From the NCBI GenBank assembly GCA_028826165.1, contig JAPDFW010000145.1, forward strand, positions 43,931 through 107,930: DNA of 64,000 nucleotides, in the 5' to 3' direction. Both the position numbers and the translations under genes were made by a program. Shown one piece after another: positions 10,378 to 26,392 of the stretch. Origin of the DNA: Anaeramoeba ignava BMAN. Taxonomy: Eukaryota > Protista > Anaeramoebae. How positions within the stretch are numbered: the stretch's first letter is position 1; each line of letters begins with the position of its first letter. The notes beneath the pieces are model-generated. The model was not told the origin of the DNA. It did not search any database and saw only the letters and a program-made list of their open reading frames with translations.

Positions 10378-11905
10378 TCATTTTCAATTACATTTTCAAT
10401 TACATTTTCAATTACATTTTCAATTACATTTTCAATTACATTTTCAATTACATTTTCAATTTCATTTTCAATTACATTTTCAATTTCAATTTCAATTACA
10501 TTTTCAATTACATTTTCAATTACATTTTCAATTACATTAAAAAATTTTCAATTACATTTTCAATTACATTTTCAATTACATTTTCAATTTCATTTTCAAT
10601 TACATTTTCAATTAATTCATTTCCATTTTCAATTACAATTTTTTACATTTTCAATTACATTTTCAATTACATTTTCAATTACATTTTCAATTACATTTTC
10701 AATTTCATTTTCAATTACATTTTCATTTCATTTCATTTTCAATTACATTTTCAATTACATTTTCATTTCATTTTCAATTACATTTTCAATTACATTTTCA
10801 ATTACATTTTCAATTACATTTTCAATTACATTTTCAATTACATTTTCAATTACATTTTCATTTCATTTCATTTTAATTTTAATTTTCAATTTATTTTTTG
10901 AATTTAATTTTCAATTACATTTTCAATTACATTTTCAATTACATTTTCAATTATTTTCAATTTATTTTCAATTTCATTTTCAATTCATTTTCAATTACAT
11001 TTTCAATTACATTTTCAATTACATTTTCAATTACATTTTCAATTACATTTTCAATTACATTTTCAATTACATTTTCAATTACATTTTCAATTACATTTTC
11101 AATTACATTTTCAATTACATTTTCAATTTTGAATTTTCAATTTAATTTTTCATTTAATTTGAATTTTCAATTACATTTTCAATTTCATTTTCAATTACAT
11201 TTTCAATTTACATTTTCAATTACATTTTCAATTACATTTTCAATTACATTTTTCAATTTTCATTTTTCATTTTCAATTACATTTTCAATTACATTTTCAA
11301 TTACATTTTCAATTACATTTTCAATTTCATTTTCAATTACATTTTCAATTACATTTTCAATTACATTTTCAATTACATTTTCAATTACATTTTCAATTAC
11401 ATTTTCAATTACATTTTCAATTACATTTTCAATTACATTTTCAATTACATTTTCAATTACATTTTCAATTACATTTTCAATTACATTTTCAATTACATTT
11501 TCAATTACATTTTCAATTTCATTTCATTTCATTTCATTTTCAATTTCATTTTCATTTCATTTTCAATTACATTTTCAATTTCATTTTCAATTACATTTTC
11601 ATTTCATTTTCATTACATTTTCAATTACATTTTCAATTACATTTTCAATTTCATTTTCAATTACATTTTCAATTACATTTTCAATTTCATTTTCAATTAC
11701 ATTTTCAATTACATTTTCAATTACATTTTCAATTACATTTTCAATTACATTTTCAATTACATTTTCAATTACATTTTCAATTACATTTTCAATTTCATTT
11801 TCAATTACATTTTCAATTACATTTTCAATTACATTTTCAATTACATTTTCAATTTAATTTTCAATTACATTTTCAATTACATTTTCAATTTCATTTTCAA
11901 TTTCA
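10378..11905 (+). repeat. 12-bp satellite E (TTTTCAATTACA)n
   Basis: Directly visible; preceded by a fixed leader AAAACAAATAAATATTTATTTCTTTTGGTTATTTTTC. Confidence 0.93.
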
Positions 11906-13079
11906 ATTTATATTTTATAAACAAATAAATAAAATATTTTTAATTGTAATTTATTTTATTTTCATTTTATTTTGTGTGTAAATGAATTTTGAAAAAAATC
12001 AAAAAAAATAAAATTAATAAAATAAAAAATAAATTTTGAAAATAATAATTGAATTATTAATAAAATAAAAAATATTAAAATTAATTAATTAATTAATTAT
12101 AAATGAAAATTTATTATTATTAATTATTAAAATAAATAAATTTGAAATGAAAAATAATAAATAAAAATGAATATTAATTATATTATATAAATATAAATGA
12201 ATGAATATATAATTAATAAATATATAATAATAAATATCAATTCAAAATATATGTAATATAAAATGTTTAAAAATAAAAATAAATTTTTAAAAGTATAAAT
12301 CAAAATAAATAATATTTTTATCAACTTTATTTCAATTTATATAAATATAAATCAAAAAAAATAAAAAAAAATCAAATTTTATTCTAACTTATATATTTTA
12401 AACATTTTTCAATAATAAATATTAAATCAAAATATATATTCAAAATTAATATAATAATGAAATCAAATTTATTATCAATATTATATTAATAAATAATATA
12501 ATATCAAATAATAAATATATTAATAAAAAATATATTAATAAAAATATATTTTATTAAATATTCTTTTTGGATTTGATTTTTATTTTGTAATTCTTTTTAT
12601 ATTTTTTTAGAATAATTATTTATTTATTTTCATTTATTATTTTATTTAAAATTTCATTTTAATTTCATTTACAATTTAATTTATTTTAAATATAATTTAA
12701 TTTCATTTTCAATTCATTTTCAATTTCATTTTAATTTAGATTTGAATTTAATTTAGATTTGAATTTGATTTGATTTGATTTGATTTGAATTTGATTTGAT
12801 TTTGATTTTTATTTTGAATTTAATTTGAATTTAATTTGAATTTAATTTGAATTTGAATTTGAAATTGATTTGAATTTAATTTGAATTTAAATTTGAATTT
12901 AATTTGAATTTGATTTGAATTTAATTTGAATTTGAATTTTAATTTTAATTTTAATTTTAATTTGAATTTGATTTGAATTTGAATTTTAATTTTAATTTGA
13001 ATTTGATTTGAATTTGAATTTAAATATAATTTAATTTCATTTTCAATTTCATTTTTATTTTCATTTTCATTTAGATTTG

Positions 13080-13770
13080 AATTATAAAATAAATGAAATT
13101 AAATAAAATTAATAATTAATTAATATTAAATAAATATTCTATTTATATTCATTATTATTAATAACTATTTATATATCTATTCATTTTATTTGATTTATTT
13201 ATTTGATTTATTCTTTATTCATTAATCTCATTTTAAATTAATTTATTGAAAATTTTGTAACAAAAATTAATAAATAAATAAATAAAAGATATTTTGAATT
13301 GAAATTAATCAAAAATATAATTAAAAGTTGTTTAATTTAATTTAATTTAAATTTAATTTAATTTAATTTAATTTAATAAAAAGATAAAAAGTATTTTTGA
13401 AATGGAGAAAATAAAATTATAAATTAAAAGGAGAAAAATAGAAAAGATAAAAAGTATTTTTTTGAAAAGATAAAAAGTATTTTTTTGAAAAGATAAAAAG
13501 TATTTTTTTGAAATGGAGAAAATATATAAAAATAAAAGGAGAAAAAAATAAATATAAAATTGATAATTGTTTTAATTATTTTTTTTCATTTTATTTTATT
13601 ATTTTATTATTCTTTTATCAAAAATATAAATAATATTTATAAATAATAATTTAATTTTCATTTCAAAAATAATTAATCTATAAAATATTAAATAATAATT
13701 AATATTAATATTAATTTCAATTATATTCAATTTTCAACTTAAATTTTAATTTAATTTTATTTTCATTTTC
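13080..13770 (+). repeat. Module G (~700 bp) with purine-rich AAAGATAAAAAGTATTTTTGAAATGGAGAAAA subrepeats
   Basis: Recurs near 29425, 41125 and 47520. Confidence 0.88.
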
Positions 13771-14748
13771 AATTTAATTTATATTTTGTAAACAATTTAA
13801 TAAAATATTTTTAATTGTAATTTATTTTATTTTCATTTTATTTTTTGTGTAAATAAATTTTGAAAAATCAAAAATAAAAATAATAAATAAAAATAAATTT
13901 TGAAAATAATAATTGAATTATTAATAAAATAAAAATATTAGAATTAATTAATTAATTAATTATAAATGGAAATTTATTATTAATTATTAAAATAAATAAA
14001 TTTGAAATGAAAAATAATAAATAAAAATGAATATTAATTATATTATATAAATAAAAGAATGAATATATAATTAATAAATATATAATAATAAATATCAATC
14101 CAAAATATATATAATGTAAAATGTTTAAAAATAAAAATAAATTTTTAAAAGTATAAATCAAAATAAATAATATTTTTTTATCAACTTTATTTCAATTTAT
14201 ATAAATATAAATCAAAAAAAAATAAAAAAAATCAAATTTTATTCTAATCTATATATTTTAAACATTTTCAATAATAAATATTAAATCAAAAATATATATT
14301 CAAAATTAATATAATAATGTAATCAAATTTATTATCAATATTATATTAATAAATAATATAATAAATATAATATCAGAATAATAAATATATTAATAAAAAT
14401 ATATTTTATTAAATATTCTTTTTTTGGATTTGATTTTTATTTTGTAATTCTTTTTATATTTTTTAGAATAATTATTTATTTATTTTCATTTATTATTTTA
14501 TTCAAAATTTCATTTTAATTTCATTTACAATTTAATTTATTTTAAATATAATTTAATTTCATTTTCATTTTCATTTTCATTTTCAATTTATTTTGAATTT
14601 AATTTGAATTTAATTTGAATTTATTTTAATTTGAATTTGATTTGAATTTGAATTTGATTTGAATTTAATTTTAATTTAATTTGAATTTGAATTTAATTTG
14701 AATTTGAATTTGATTTGATTTTAATTTGATTTTAATTTGATTTGAATT

Positions 14749-14863
14749 CATTTAAATTTTCAATTTAGATTACAATCAACTTTACATAATAAATAAACAC
14801 AAAAAAAAGTCAATCAATATTAATTTCTGATTTTTATTTTGATTTTTCTTATTATTTATTTTG
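14749..14863 (+). repeat. Linker H (~115 bp) between D and A (representative; 9 copies)
   Basis: CATTTAAATTTTCAATTTAGATTACAATCAACTTTACATAATAAATAAACAC...TTTCTGATTTTT; also near 4255, 19804, 27482, 31085, 44260, 53750, 57058 and 62002. Confidence 0.88.
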
Positions 14864-17800
14864 AATTCAATTTACAATTAAATTAAATAAATAAATTCAA
14901 TTTACAATTAAATTAAATAAATTAAATTCAATTTACAATTAAATTAAATAAATAATTAATTCAATTTACAATTAAATAAATAATTCAATTTACAATTAAA
15001 TATAATTCAATTTACAATTAAATTAAATAAATAATTCAATTTACAATTAAATTAAATAAATAATTCAATTTACAATTAAATATAATTCAATTTACAATTA
15101 AATTAAATAAATAATTAATTCAATTTACAATTAAATTTAATAATTCAATTTACAATTAAATCAATAAATAATTCAATTTACAATTAAATTAAATAAATAA
15201 TTAATTCAATTTACAATTAAATTAAATAAATAATTAATTCAATTTACAATTAAATTAAATAAATTCAATTTACAATTAAATTAAATAACAATTTAATTCA
15301 ATTTACAATTAAATTAAATAAATAAATTCAATTTACAATTAAATTAAATAAATTCAATTCACAATTAAATTAAATTAAATAAATATAATTCAATTTACAA
15401 TTAAATAAATTCAATTCACAATTAAATTAAATATAATTCAATTTACAATTAAATTAAATAAATTCAATTTACAATTAAATTAAATTAATTAATTCAATTT
15501 ACAATTAAATTAAATTAATTAATTCAATTTATAATTAAATTAAATTAATTAATTCAATTTATAATTAAATTAAATAAATAAATTCAATTCACAATTAAAT
15601 TAATAAATAAATTCAATTTACAATTAAATTAAATAAATTAATTCAATTTACAATTAAATTAAATAAATTAATTCAATTTACAATTAAAATTAATAAATAA
15701 ATTCAATTTATAATTAAATTAAATAAATAAATTCAATTTACAATTAAATTAATAAATAAATTCAATTTACAATTAAATCAATAAATAATTCAATTTATAA
15801 TTAAATTAATAAATAAATTCAATTTATAATTAAATCTATAAATAATTCAATTTACAATTAAATAAATTCAATTCAATTTACAATTAAATTAAATATAATT
15901 CAATTTACAATTAAATTAAATAAGTAATTCAATTTACAATTAAAATTAAATAAATAAATTCAATTTACAATTAAATTAAATAAATAAATTCAATTTACAA
16001 TTAAATTAAATAAATAATTCAATTTACAATTAAATTAATAAATAAAATTCAATTTACAATTAAATTAAATAAATAAATTCAATTTACAATTAAATTAAAA
16101 ATAAATTCAATTTACAATTAAATTAATAAATAAATTCAATTTACAATTAAATTAAAAATAATTCAATTTACAATTAAATTAAATATAATTCAATTTACAA
16201 TTAAATTAAATAAATTCAATTAAATTTACAATTAAATTAAATAAATAATTCAATTTACAATTAAATTAAATAAATATAATTCAATTTACAATTAAATCAA
16301 AATAAATTCAATTCAATTTACAATTAAATTAATAAATAAATTCAATTTACAATTAAATTAAATAAATATAATTCAATTCAATTTTACAATTAAATAAATT
16401 CAATTTACAATTAAATTAAATTACAAATAAATTCAATTTACAATTAAATTAATAAATAATAAATTCAATTTACAATTAAATTAAATAAATAATTCAATTT
16501 ACAATTAAATTAAATAAATAATTCAATTTACAATTAAATTAAATAAATAATTCAATTTACAATTAAATTAAAATAAATTCAATTTACAATTAAATTAAAA
16601 ATAAATTCAATTTACAATTAAATTAAAAATAAATTCAATTTACAATTAAATTAAAAATAAATTCAATTTACAATTAAATTAAAATAAATTCAATTTACAA
16701 TTAAATTAAAAATAAATTCAATTTACAATTAAATTAAATAAATTAAATTCAATTTACAATTAAATTAAATTATAAAATAAATTCAATTTACAATTAAATT
16801 AATAATAAATAAATTCAATTTACAATTAAATTAAATAAATAATTCAATTTACAATTAAATTAAATAAATAAATTCAATTTACAATTAAATTAAATAAATA
16901 ATTCAATTTACAATTAAATTAAATAAATAATTCAATTTACAATTAAATTAATAAATAATTCAATTTACAATTAAATTAAAAATAAATTCAATTCAATTTA
17001 CAATTAAATCAATAATTAATTCAATTTACAATTAAATCAATAAATAATTCAATTTACAATTAAATTAAAAATAAATTCAATTCAATTTACAATTAAATCA
17101 ATAATTAATTCAATTTACAATTAAATCAATAATTAATTCAATTTACAATTAAATCAATAATTAATTCAATTTACAATTAAATCAATAATTAATTCAATTT
17201 ACAATTAAATTAAATCAATAATTAATTCAATTTACAATTAAATCAATAATTAATTCAATTTACAATTAAATCAATAAATTAATTCAATTTACAATTAAAT
17301 CAATAATTAATTCAATTTTACAATTAAATTAAATAAATAAAATTCAATTTACAATTAAATCAATAAATTAATTCAATTTACAATTAAATCAATAAATAAT
17401 TCAATTTACAATTAAAATCAATAATTAATTCAATTTACAATTAAATCAATAATTCAATTTACAATTAAATCAATAAATTAATTCAATTTACAATTAAATC
17501 AATTAATTCAATTTCAAATTAAATTAATAAATTAATTCAATTTACAATTAAATCAATAAATTAATTCAATTTACAATTAAATCAATAATTAATTCAATTT
17601 ACAATTAAATCAATAATTAATTCAATTTACAATTAAATCAATAATTAATTCAATTTACAATTAAATCAATAAATTAATTCAATTTACAATTAAATCAATA
17701 ATTAATTCAATTTACAATTAAATTAATAAATAATTAATTCAATTTACAATTAAATCAAAATTAATTAAAAAATAATTCAATTTACAATTAAATATAATTA

Positions 17801-17918
17801 ATTCAATTTACAATTAAATCAATAATTAAATTCAATTTACAATTAAATCAATAATTAATTCAATTTACAATTAAATCAATAATTAATTCAATTTACAATT
17901 AAATCAAATTAAATTACA
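14864..17918 (+). repeat. Minisatellite A array
   Basis: Same unit; the AAATCAAT variant is enriched at the 3' end. Confidence 0.9.
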
Positions 17919-19920
17919 TTTTATTTTCATTTTATTTATTTATTAACAAAACGAATTTATGTTCAAACACTTATTTTTCAATTTTATTTCAATTTTATTT
18001 GATTTTCATTGATTTATTTTGATTTTCAATTATTTTGAATTAAAACAGAACAAAAAGTAAATCAATATTGAATTAAGTTATTTTATTATATTTTTTATTT
18101 GATTTAATATAAAACAATTATTTCACTTCAATTGTAAAACAAAATTGAAGTATGTTTTGAATTAATTCACAAGATAATTTTATTTCATTCACATTTATTT
18201 CAATTCAAATTTATATTCAATTTCAATTATAGTTAATTTATAAAGGAAATAAAAAGGAAATTAAAATGGGGTTGAGTTGAAGGGGCATAAGGGGATTAAT
18301 AATAATTTATTCATAATTTATTCATAATTTAATTTATTTTTTATTTTTATTTTTAATTTATGTTTTTAATTTTGAAATTTATTTTTATATTTGATATATA
18401 TATTTTTAGTATTTTGTAAATTAAAATATTTATAAATAAATATTTATTTTAATTTAATTTAATTTAATTTAATTTTGTTTTAATTTTGTTTTTTATTAAT
18501 TTAGAATTAATAATCAATTTTTAAAATATAATATATATTTTATCTTCTTTTTCTTCTTCTTCAATTTATTTATTTATTTATTTATTTGCAATTTCATTTT
18601 CAATTTAATTTAATTTAATTTTCAATTTCATTTTACAATTTAATTTCTATTTTTAAAATTTAAATTTAATTTAATTTAATTTTAATTCAATTTAATTCAT
18701 ATTTTATATTTTATAAATTAAATAAATAAAATATTTTTAATTGTAATTTATTTTATTTTCATTTTATTTTGTGTGTAAATGAATTTTGAAAAATCAAAAA
18801 TAAAATTAATAAAATAAATAAAAATAAATTTTGAAAATAATAATTGAATTATTAATAAAATAAAAATATTAGAATTAATTAATTAATTATAAATGGAAAT
18901 TTATTATTATTAATTATTAAAATAAATAAATTTGAAATGAAAAATAATAAATAAAAATGAATATTAATTATATTATATAAATATAATGAATGAATATATA
19001 ATTAATAAATATATAATAATAAATATCAATTCAAAAATATATATAATGTAAAATGTTTAAAAATAAAAATAAATTTTAAAAGTATAAATCAAAATAAATA
19101 ATATTTTTTTATCAACTTTATTTCAATTTATATAAATATAAATCAAAAAAAATAAAAAAATCAAATTTTATTCTAATTTATATATTTTAAACATTTTTCA
19201 ATAATAAATATTAAATCAAAATATATATTCAAAATTAATATAATAATGTAATCAAATTTATTATCAATATTATATTAATAAATAATATAACAAATATAAT
19301 ATAAGAATAATAAATATATTAATAAAAATATATTTTATTAAATATTCTTTTTTTTGGATTTGATTTTTATTTTGTAATTCTTTTTATATTTTTTAGAATA
19401 ATTATTTATTTATTTTCATTTATTATTTTATTCAAAATTTCATTTTAACTTCATTTACAATTTAATTTATTTTAAATATAATTTAATTTCCATTTCCATT
19501 TTCAATTTAATTTAGATTTGAATTTGATTTGATTTGGATTTGATTTTAATTTGATTTGAATTTGAATTTAATTTGATTTGAATTTGAATTTGAATTTAAT
19601 TTGAATTTAATTTGAATTTGATTTAATTTAATTTAATTTGAATTTAAATTTAATTTGAATTTAATTTGATTTGAATTTGAATTTAATTTGAATTTGATTT
19701 TAATTTGAATTTAATTTGAATTTGAATTTGAATTTGAATTTGAATTTGATTTGAATTTAATTTGAATTTGAATTTGATTTGAATTTGATTTGAATTTGAT
19801 TTTCATTTAAATTTTCAATTTAGATTACAATCAACTTTACATAATAAATAAACACAAAAAAAAATCAATCAATATTCATTTCTGATTTTTATTTTGATTT
19901 TTCTTATTATTTTGATTTTG

Positions 19921-22140
19921 AATTAAATTTACAATTAAATTAAATAAATTAATTCAATTTACAATTAATTTACAATTTAATTCAATTCAATTTACAATTA
20001 AATTAAATAAATTCAATTCACAATTAAATTAAATAAATTCAATTTACAATTAAATTAAATAAATTCAATTTACAATTAAATTAAATAAATTCAATTTACA
20101 ATTAAATTAAATAAATTCAATTTACAATTAAATTAATAAATATAATTCAATTTACAATTAAATTAATAAATATAATTCAATTTACAATTAAATTAATAAA
20201 TATATTCAATTTACAATTAAATTAAATAAATATAATTCAATTTACAATTAAATTAAATAAATTAATTCAATTTACAATTAAATTAAAAATATATTCAATT
20301 TACAATTAAATCAATAAATTCAAATTCAATTTTTAATTAAATAAAATTAAAAATAATTCAATTTTAAATTTAAATTAATTAAATAAAATTCAATTCAATT
20401 TACAATTAAATTAAATAAATAATTCAATTTACAATTAAATTAAATAAATAATTCAATTTTACAATTAAATTAAATAAATAATTCAATTTACAATTAAATT
20501 AAATAAATAAATAATTCAATTTACAATTAAATTAATAAATAATTTCAATTTACAATTAAATTAAAAATATATAATTCAATTTACAATTAAATTAAATAAA
20601 TAAATAATTCAATTTAATTAATTAAATTAAATAAATAAATAATTCAATTTACAATTAAATTAAATAAATAAATAATTCAATTTACAATTAAATTAAATAA
20701 ATAATTCAATTTACTTTTACAATTAAATTAAATTAAAAAATATATTCAATTTACAATTAAATTAAATAAATTCAATTTACAATTAAATTAAATAAATTCA
20801 ATTCAATTTACAATTAAATCAAATAAATATAATTCAATTTACAATTAAATTAAATAAATATAATTCAATTTACAATTAAATTAAATAATAAAAATAATTC
20901 AATTTACAATTTAAATTAAATTAAATTGAATTCAATTTACAATTAAATTAAAATAAAAAATTAAATTCAATTTTAAATTAAATTAATAAAATAAATTCAA
21001 ATTTACAATTAAATTAAATATAATAAATTCAATTTACAATTAAATTAAATATAATAAATTCAATTTACAATTAAATTAAATAAATATAATTCAATTTACA
21101 ATTAAATTAAATATAATTCAATTTACAATTAAATTAAATATAATTCAATTTACAATTAAATTAAATAAATTCAATTTACAATTAAATTAAATATAATTCA
21201 ATTTACAATTAAATTAAATATAATTCAATTTACAATTAAATTAAATATAATTCAATTTACAATTAAATTAAATATAATTCAATTTACAATTAAATTAAAT
21301 ATAATAAATTCAATTTAATTAAATTAAATATAAATTCAATTTACAATTAAATTAAATAAATATAATTCAATTTACAATTATTAAATTAAATAATAAATTC
21401 AATTTACAATTAAATTAAATAATAAATTCAATTTACAATTAAATTAAATAAATATAATTCAATTTACAATTAAATTAAATAAATAAATAATTCAATTTTA
21501 CAATTAAATTAATAAATATAATTCAATTTACAATTAAATTAATAAATATAATTCAATTTACAATTAAATTAATAAATATAATTCAATTTACAATTAAATT
21601 AAATAAATAATTCAATTTACAATTAAATTAAATAAATAAATTCAATTTACAATTAAATTAAATATAAATTCAATTTACAATTAAATTAAATTAAATAAAT
21701 TCAATTTAAATTAAATAATAAATTCAATTCAATTTACAAATTAAATTAAATATAATAAATTCAATTTACAATTAAATTAAATATAATAAATTCAATTTAC
21801 AATTAAATTAATAAATAAATTCAATTCAATTTACAATTAAATCAATAAATAAATTCAATTCAATTTACAATTAAATTAAATAAATAATTAATTCAATTTA
21901 CAATTAAATTAAATAAATAATTAATTCAATTTACAATTAAATTAAATAAATAATTAATTCAATTTACAATTAAATTAAATAAATTAAATTCAATTTACAA
22001 TTAAATTAATAAATAAATTCAATTTACAATTAAATTAAATAAATTAAATTCAATTTACAATTAAATTAAATAAATTAATTCAATTTACAATTAAATTAAT
22101 AAATTAAATTCAATTTACAATTAAATCAAATTAAATTACA
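19921..22140 (+). repeat. Minisatellite A array
   Basis: Same unit. Confidence 0.9.
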
Positions 22141-22488
22141 TTTTGTTTTCATTTTATTTATTTATCAATAAAACGAATTTATGTTTAAAAAGTTATTTTT
22201 CAATTTAATTTCAATTTTATTTGATTTTCATCGATTTATTTTGATTTTCAATTATTTGAATTAAAACAGAACAAAAAGTAAATCTATTTTGAATTGAGTT
22301 ATTTTATTATATTTTTTATTCAATTTAATATAAAATAATTATTTCACTTCAATTGTAAAACAAAATTGAAGTATGTTTTGAATTAATTTACAACATAATT
22401 CTATTTAATCCACATTTATTTTAATTCAAATTTATATTCAATTTCATTTATAGTTAATTTATAAAGGAAATAAAAAGTAAATTAAAAT

Positions 22489-22515
22489 GGGGTTGGGTTG
22501 AAGGGGCATAAGGGG
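22489..22515 (+). other. Putative G-quadruplex motif GGGGTTGGGTTGAAGGGGCATAAGGGG (representative of 9 copies)
   Basis: Four G-tracts of at least 3 G with loops of 2, 5 and 5 nt; matches the canonical G3+N1-7 pattern. Confidence 0.6.
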
Positions 22516-23729
22516 ATTAATAATAATTTATTCATAATTTATTCATAATTTAATTTATTTTTTATTTTTATTTTTAATTTATGTTTTTAATTTTGAAATT
22601 TATTTTTATATTTGATATATATATTTTTAGTATTTTGTAAATTAAAATATTTATAAATAAATAAATATTTATTTTAATTTAATTTAATTTAATTTAATTT
22701 AATTTTGTTTTTTATTAATTTAGAATTAATAATCAATTTTTAAAATATAATATATATTTTATCTTCTTTTTCTTCTTCTTCTTCTATTTATTTATTTATT
22801 TATTTTATTTGCAATTTAATTTTCAATTTAATTTAATTTAATTTAATTTTCAATTTCATTTTACAATTTAATTTCTATTTTCATTTTAATTTTCAATTTA
22901 ATTTAATTTTAATTCAATTTAATTCATATTTTATATTTTATAAATTAAATAAATAAAATATTTTTAATTGTAATTTATTTTATTTTCATTTTATTTTGTG
23001 TGTAAATGAATTTTGAAAAATCAAAAATAAAATTAATAAAAATAAAAATAAATTTTGAAAATAATAATTGAATTATTAATAAAATAAAAATATTAGAATT
23101 AATTAATTAATTATAAATCAAAATTTATTATTATTAATTATTAAAATAAATAAATTTGAAATGAAAAATAATAAATAAAAATGAATATTAATTTATATTA
23201 TATAAATATAATGAATGAATATATAATTAATAAATATATAATAATAAATATCAATTCAAAATATATATAATGTAAAATGTTTAAAAATAAAAATAAATTT
23301 TTAAAAGTATAAATCAAAATAAATAATATTTTTTTATCAACTTTATTTCAATTTATATAAATATAAATCAAAAAAAATAAAAAATCAAATTTCAATTTAT
23401 ATATTTTAAACATTTTTCAATAATAAATATTAAATCAAAATATATATTCAAAATTAATATAATAATGAAATCAAATTTATTATCAATATTATATTAATAA
23501 ATAATATAATAAATATAATATCAGAATAATAAATATATTAATAAAAATATATTTTATTAAATATTCTTTTTGGATTTGATTTTTATTTTGTAATTCTTTT
23601 TATATTTTTAGAATAATTATTTATTTATTTTCATTTATTATTTTATTCAAAATTTCATTTTAATTTCATTTACAATTTAATTTATTTTTAAATATAATTT
23701 AATTTCATTTTCATTTCATTTTCATTTCA

Positions 23730-24856
23730 TATTTATATATATAATTAATCAATTTAATTTTCAATTTATTTATAATTTATATTCAAAAATAAAAATCAAT
23801 TTCTCTCTATATATAAAATATATAAATTTATTTTTCAATTTATTTATAATTTAAATTAAAAATAAAAAAATCAATTTATTTATATATATAATAAACAAAT
23901 TTATAACAAAATAATTAATTAATTAAATTTTCAATTTATTTATAATTTTAATTCAAAAATAAAAATCAATTTCTCTCTATATATAAAATATATAAATTAA
24001 TTTTTAATTTATTTATAATTTAAATTAAAAATAAAAATCAATTTATTTATATATATTATAAACAAATTTATAACAATATAATTAATCAATTTAATTCCCA
24101 ATTTATTTATAATTTATATTCAAAAAATAAAAAATCAATTTCTCTCTATATATAAAATATATAAATTTATTTTTCAATTTATTTATAATTTAAATTAAAA
24201 ATAAAAATCAATTTATTTATATATATAATAAACATATTTATAACAAAATAATTAATTAATTTAATTTTCAATTTATTTATAATTTTTAATTCAAAAATAA
24301 AAATCAATTTCTCTCTATATATAAAATATATAAATTTATTTTTCAATTTATTTATAATTTAAATTAAAAAATAAAAAAAATCAATTTATTTATATATATT
24401 ATAAACAAACTTATAACAAAATAATTAATAAATTTAATTTTCAATTTATTTATAATTTATATTCAAAAATAAAAATCAATTTCTCTCTATATATAAAATA
24501 TATAAATTTAATTTTCAATTTATTTATAATTTAAATTAAAAATAAAAATTAATTTATTTATATATATTATAAACAAATTTATAACAAAATAATTTATAAA
24601 TTTAAATTCCAATTTATTTATAATTTTAAATCAAAAAATAAAAAATCAATTTCTCTCTATATATAAAATATATAAATTTAATTTATAATTAAAATTCAAA
24701 ATAAAAAAAACCAATTTATTTATATATATTATAAACAAATTTATAACAAAATAATTAATTAATTTAATTTTCAATTTATTTATAATTTATATTCAAAAAA
24801 TAAAAAATCAATTTCTCTCTATATATAAAATATATAAATTTAATTTTCAATTTATT
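23730..24856 (+). repeat. Satellite F: ~170-bp tandem unit, 7 anchors
   Basis: Anchor at about 23793, 23973, 24142, 24311, 24483, 24653 and 24815. Confidence 0.9.
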
Positions 24857-25978
24857 TTGAATTTGATTTGAATTTGATTTGAATTTGATTTGAATTTGAA
24901 TTTGATTGAATTTAGATTTAATTTAGATTTAATTTGAATTTAATTTGAATTTGAATTGAATTTGAATTTAATTTGATTTGATTTGAATTTGAATTTAATT
25001 TGATTTGATTTAATTCATATTTTGTAAACAATTTAATAAATATTTTTAATTGTAATTTATTTTATTTTCATTTTATTTTGTGTGTAAATGAATTTTGAAA
25101 AAAATCAAAAAAAAATAAAATTAATAAAATAAATAAAAAATAAATTTTGAAAATAATAATTGAATTATTAATAAAATAAAAATATTAGAATTAATTAATT
25201 AATTAATTATAAATGAAAATTTATTATTATTAATTATTAAAATAAATAAATTTGAAATGAAAAATAATAAATAAAAAATGAATATTAATTATATTATATA
25301 AATATAAAGAACGAATATATAATTAATAAATATATAATAATAAATATCAATTCAAAATATATATAATATAAAATGTTTAAAAAATAAAAATAAATTTTTA
25401 AAAGTATAAATCAAAATAAATAATATTTTTTTTATCAACTTTATTTCAATTTATATAAATATAAATCAAAAAAAAAATAAAAAAAAATCAAATTTTATTC
25501 TAATTTATATATTTTAAACATTTTTCAATAATAAATATTAAATCAAAATAAATATTCAAAATTAATATAATAATGTAATCAAATTTATTATCAATATTAT
25601 ATTAATAAATAATATAATAAATATAATATAAGAATAATAAATATATTAATAAAAATATATTTTATTAAATATTCTTTTTTTTTGGATTTGATTTTTATTT
25701 TGATTTGAATTTAATTTGAATTTAATTGAATTTGAATTTGATTTGAATTTGATTTTGAATTTGATTTGATTTTAATTTGAATTTAATTTGATTTGAATTT
25801 GAATTTGAATTTGAATTTGAATTTGATTTTGAATTTAATTTGAATTTAATTTGAATTTAATTTAAATTTGAATTTAAATTTAATTTTAATTTGAATTTGA
25901 TTTGAATTTAATTTAATTTGAATTTAAAACAAATAAATATTTATTTCTTTTGGTTATTTTTCTTTTTTCTTTTTTTTT

Positions 25979-26392
25979 TCATTTTCAATTACATTTTCAA
26001 TTACATTTTCATTTCAAAAATTAAATAAATAAATTACATTTTCAATTACATTTTCAATTACATTTTCAATTACATTTTCAATTTTACATTTTCAATTACA
26101 TTTTCAATTACATTTTCAATTACATTTTTAAATTACATTTTCAATTACATTTTCAATTACATTTTCAATTACATTTTCAATTACATTTTCAATTACATTT
26201 TCAATTACATTTTCAATTTAATTTTCAATTACATTTTCAATTACATTTTCAATTACATTTTCAATTTAATTTTCAATTACATTTTCAATTACATTTTCAA
26301 TTACATTTTCAATTTAATTTTCAATTTAATTTTCAATTACATTTTCATTTCATTTTCAATTACATTTTCAATTACATTTTCAATTACATTTT
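25979..26392 (+). repeat. 12-bp satellite E
   Basis: (TTTTCAATTACA)n with the same leader. Confidence 0.9.

Noticed and set aside
10317-11857. ORFs reading FNYI/FSIT/FQLH repeats (also at 36.9, 38.2, 39.9, 50.4 and 52.0 kb)
   Set aside because: They are stop-free translations of the 12-bp repeat, open in all three frames, with non-ATG starts.
13952-14161. 69-aa hydrophobic ORF in the core module
   Set aside because: It is compositional, and the ORF track does not report it as open in the other core copies.
14864-17918. Minisatellite A as a CRISPR array (constant core plus variable spacer)
   Set aside because: The linkers are only 0-15 bp, low-complexity and reused in runs; there are no cas genes.
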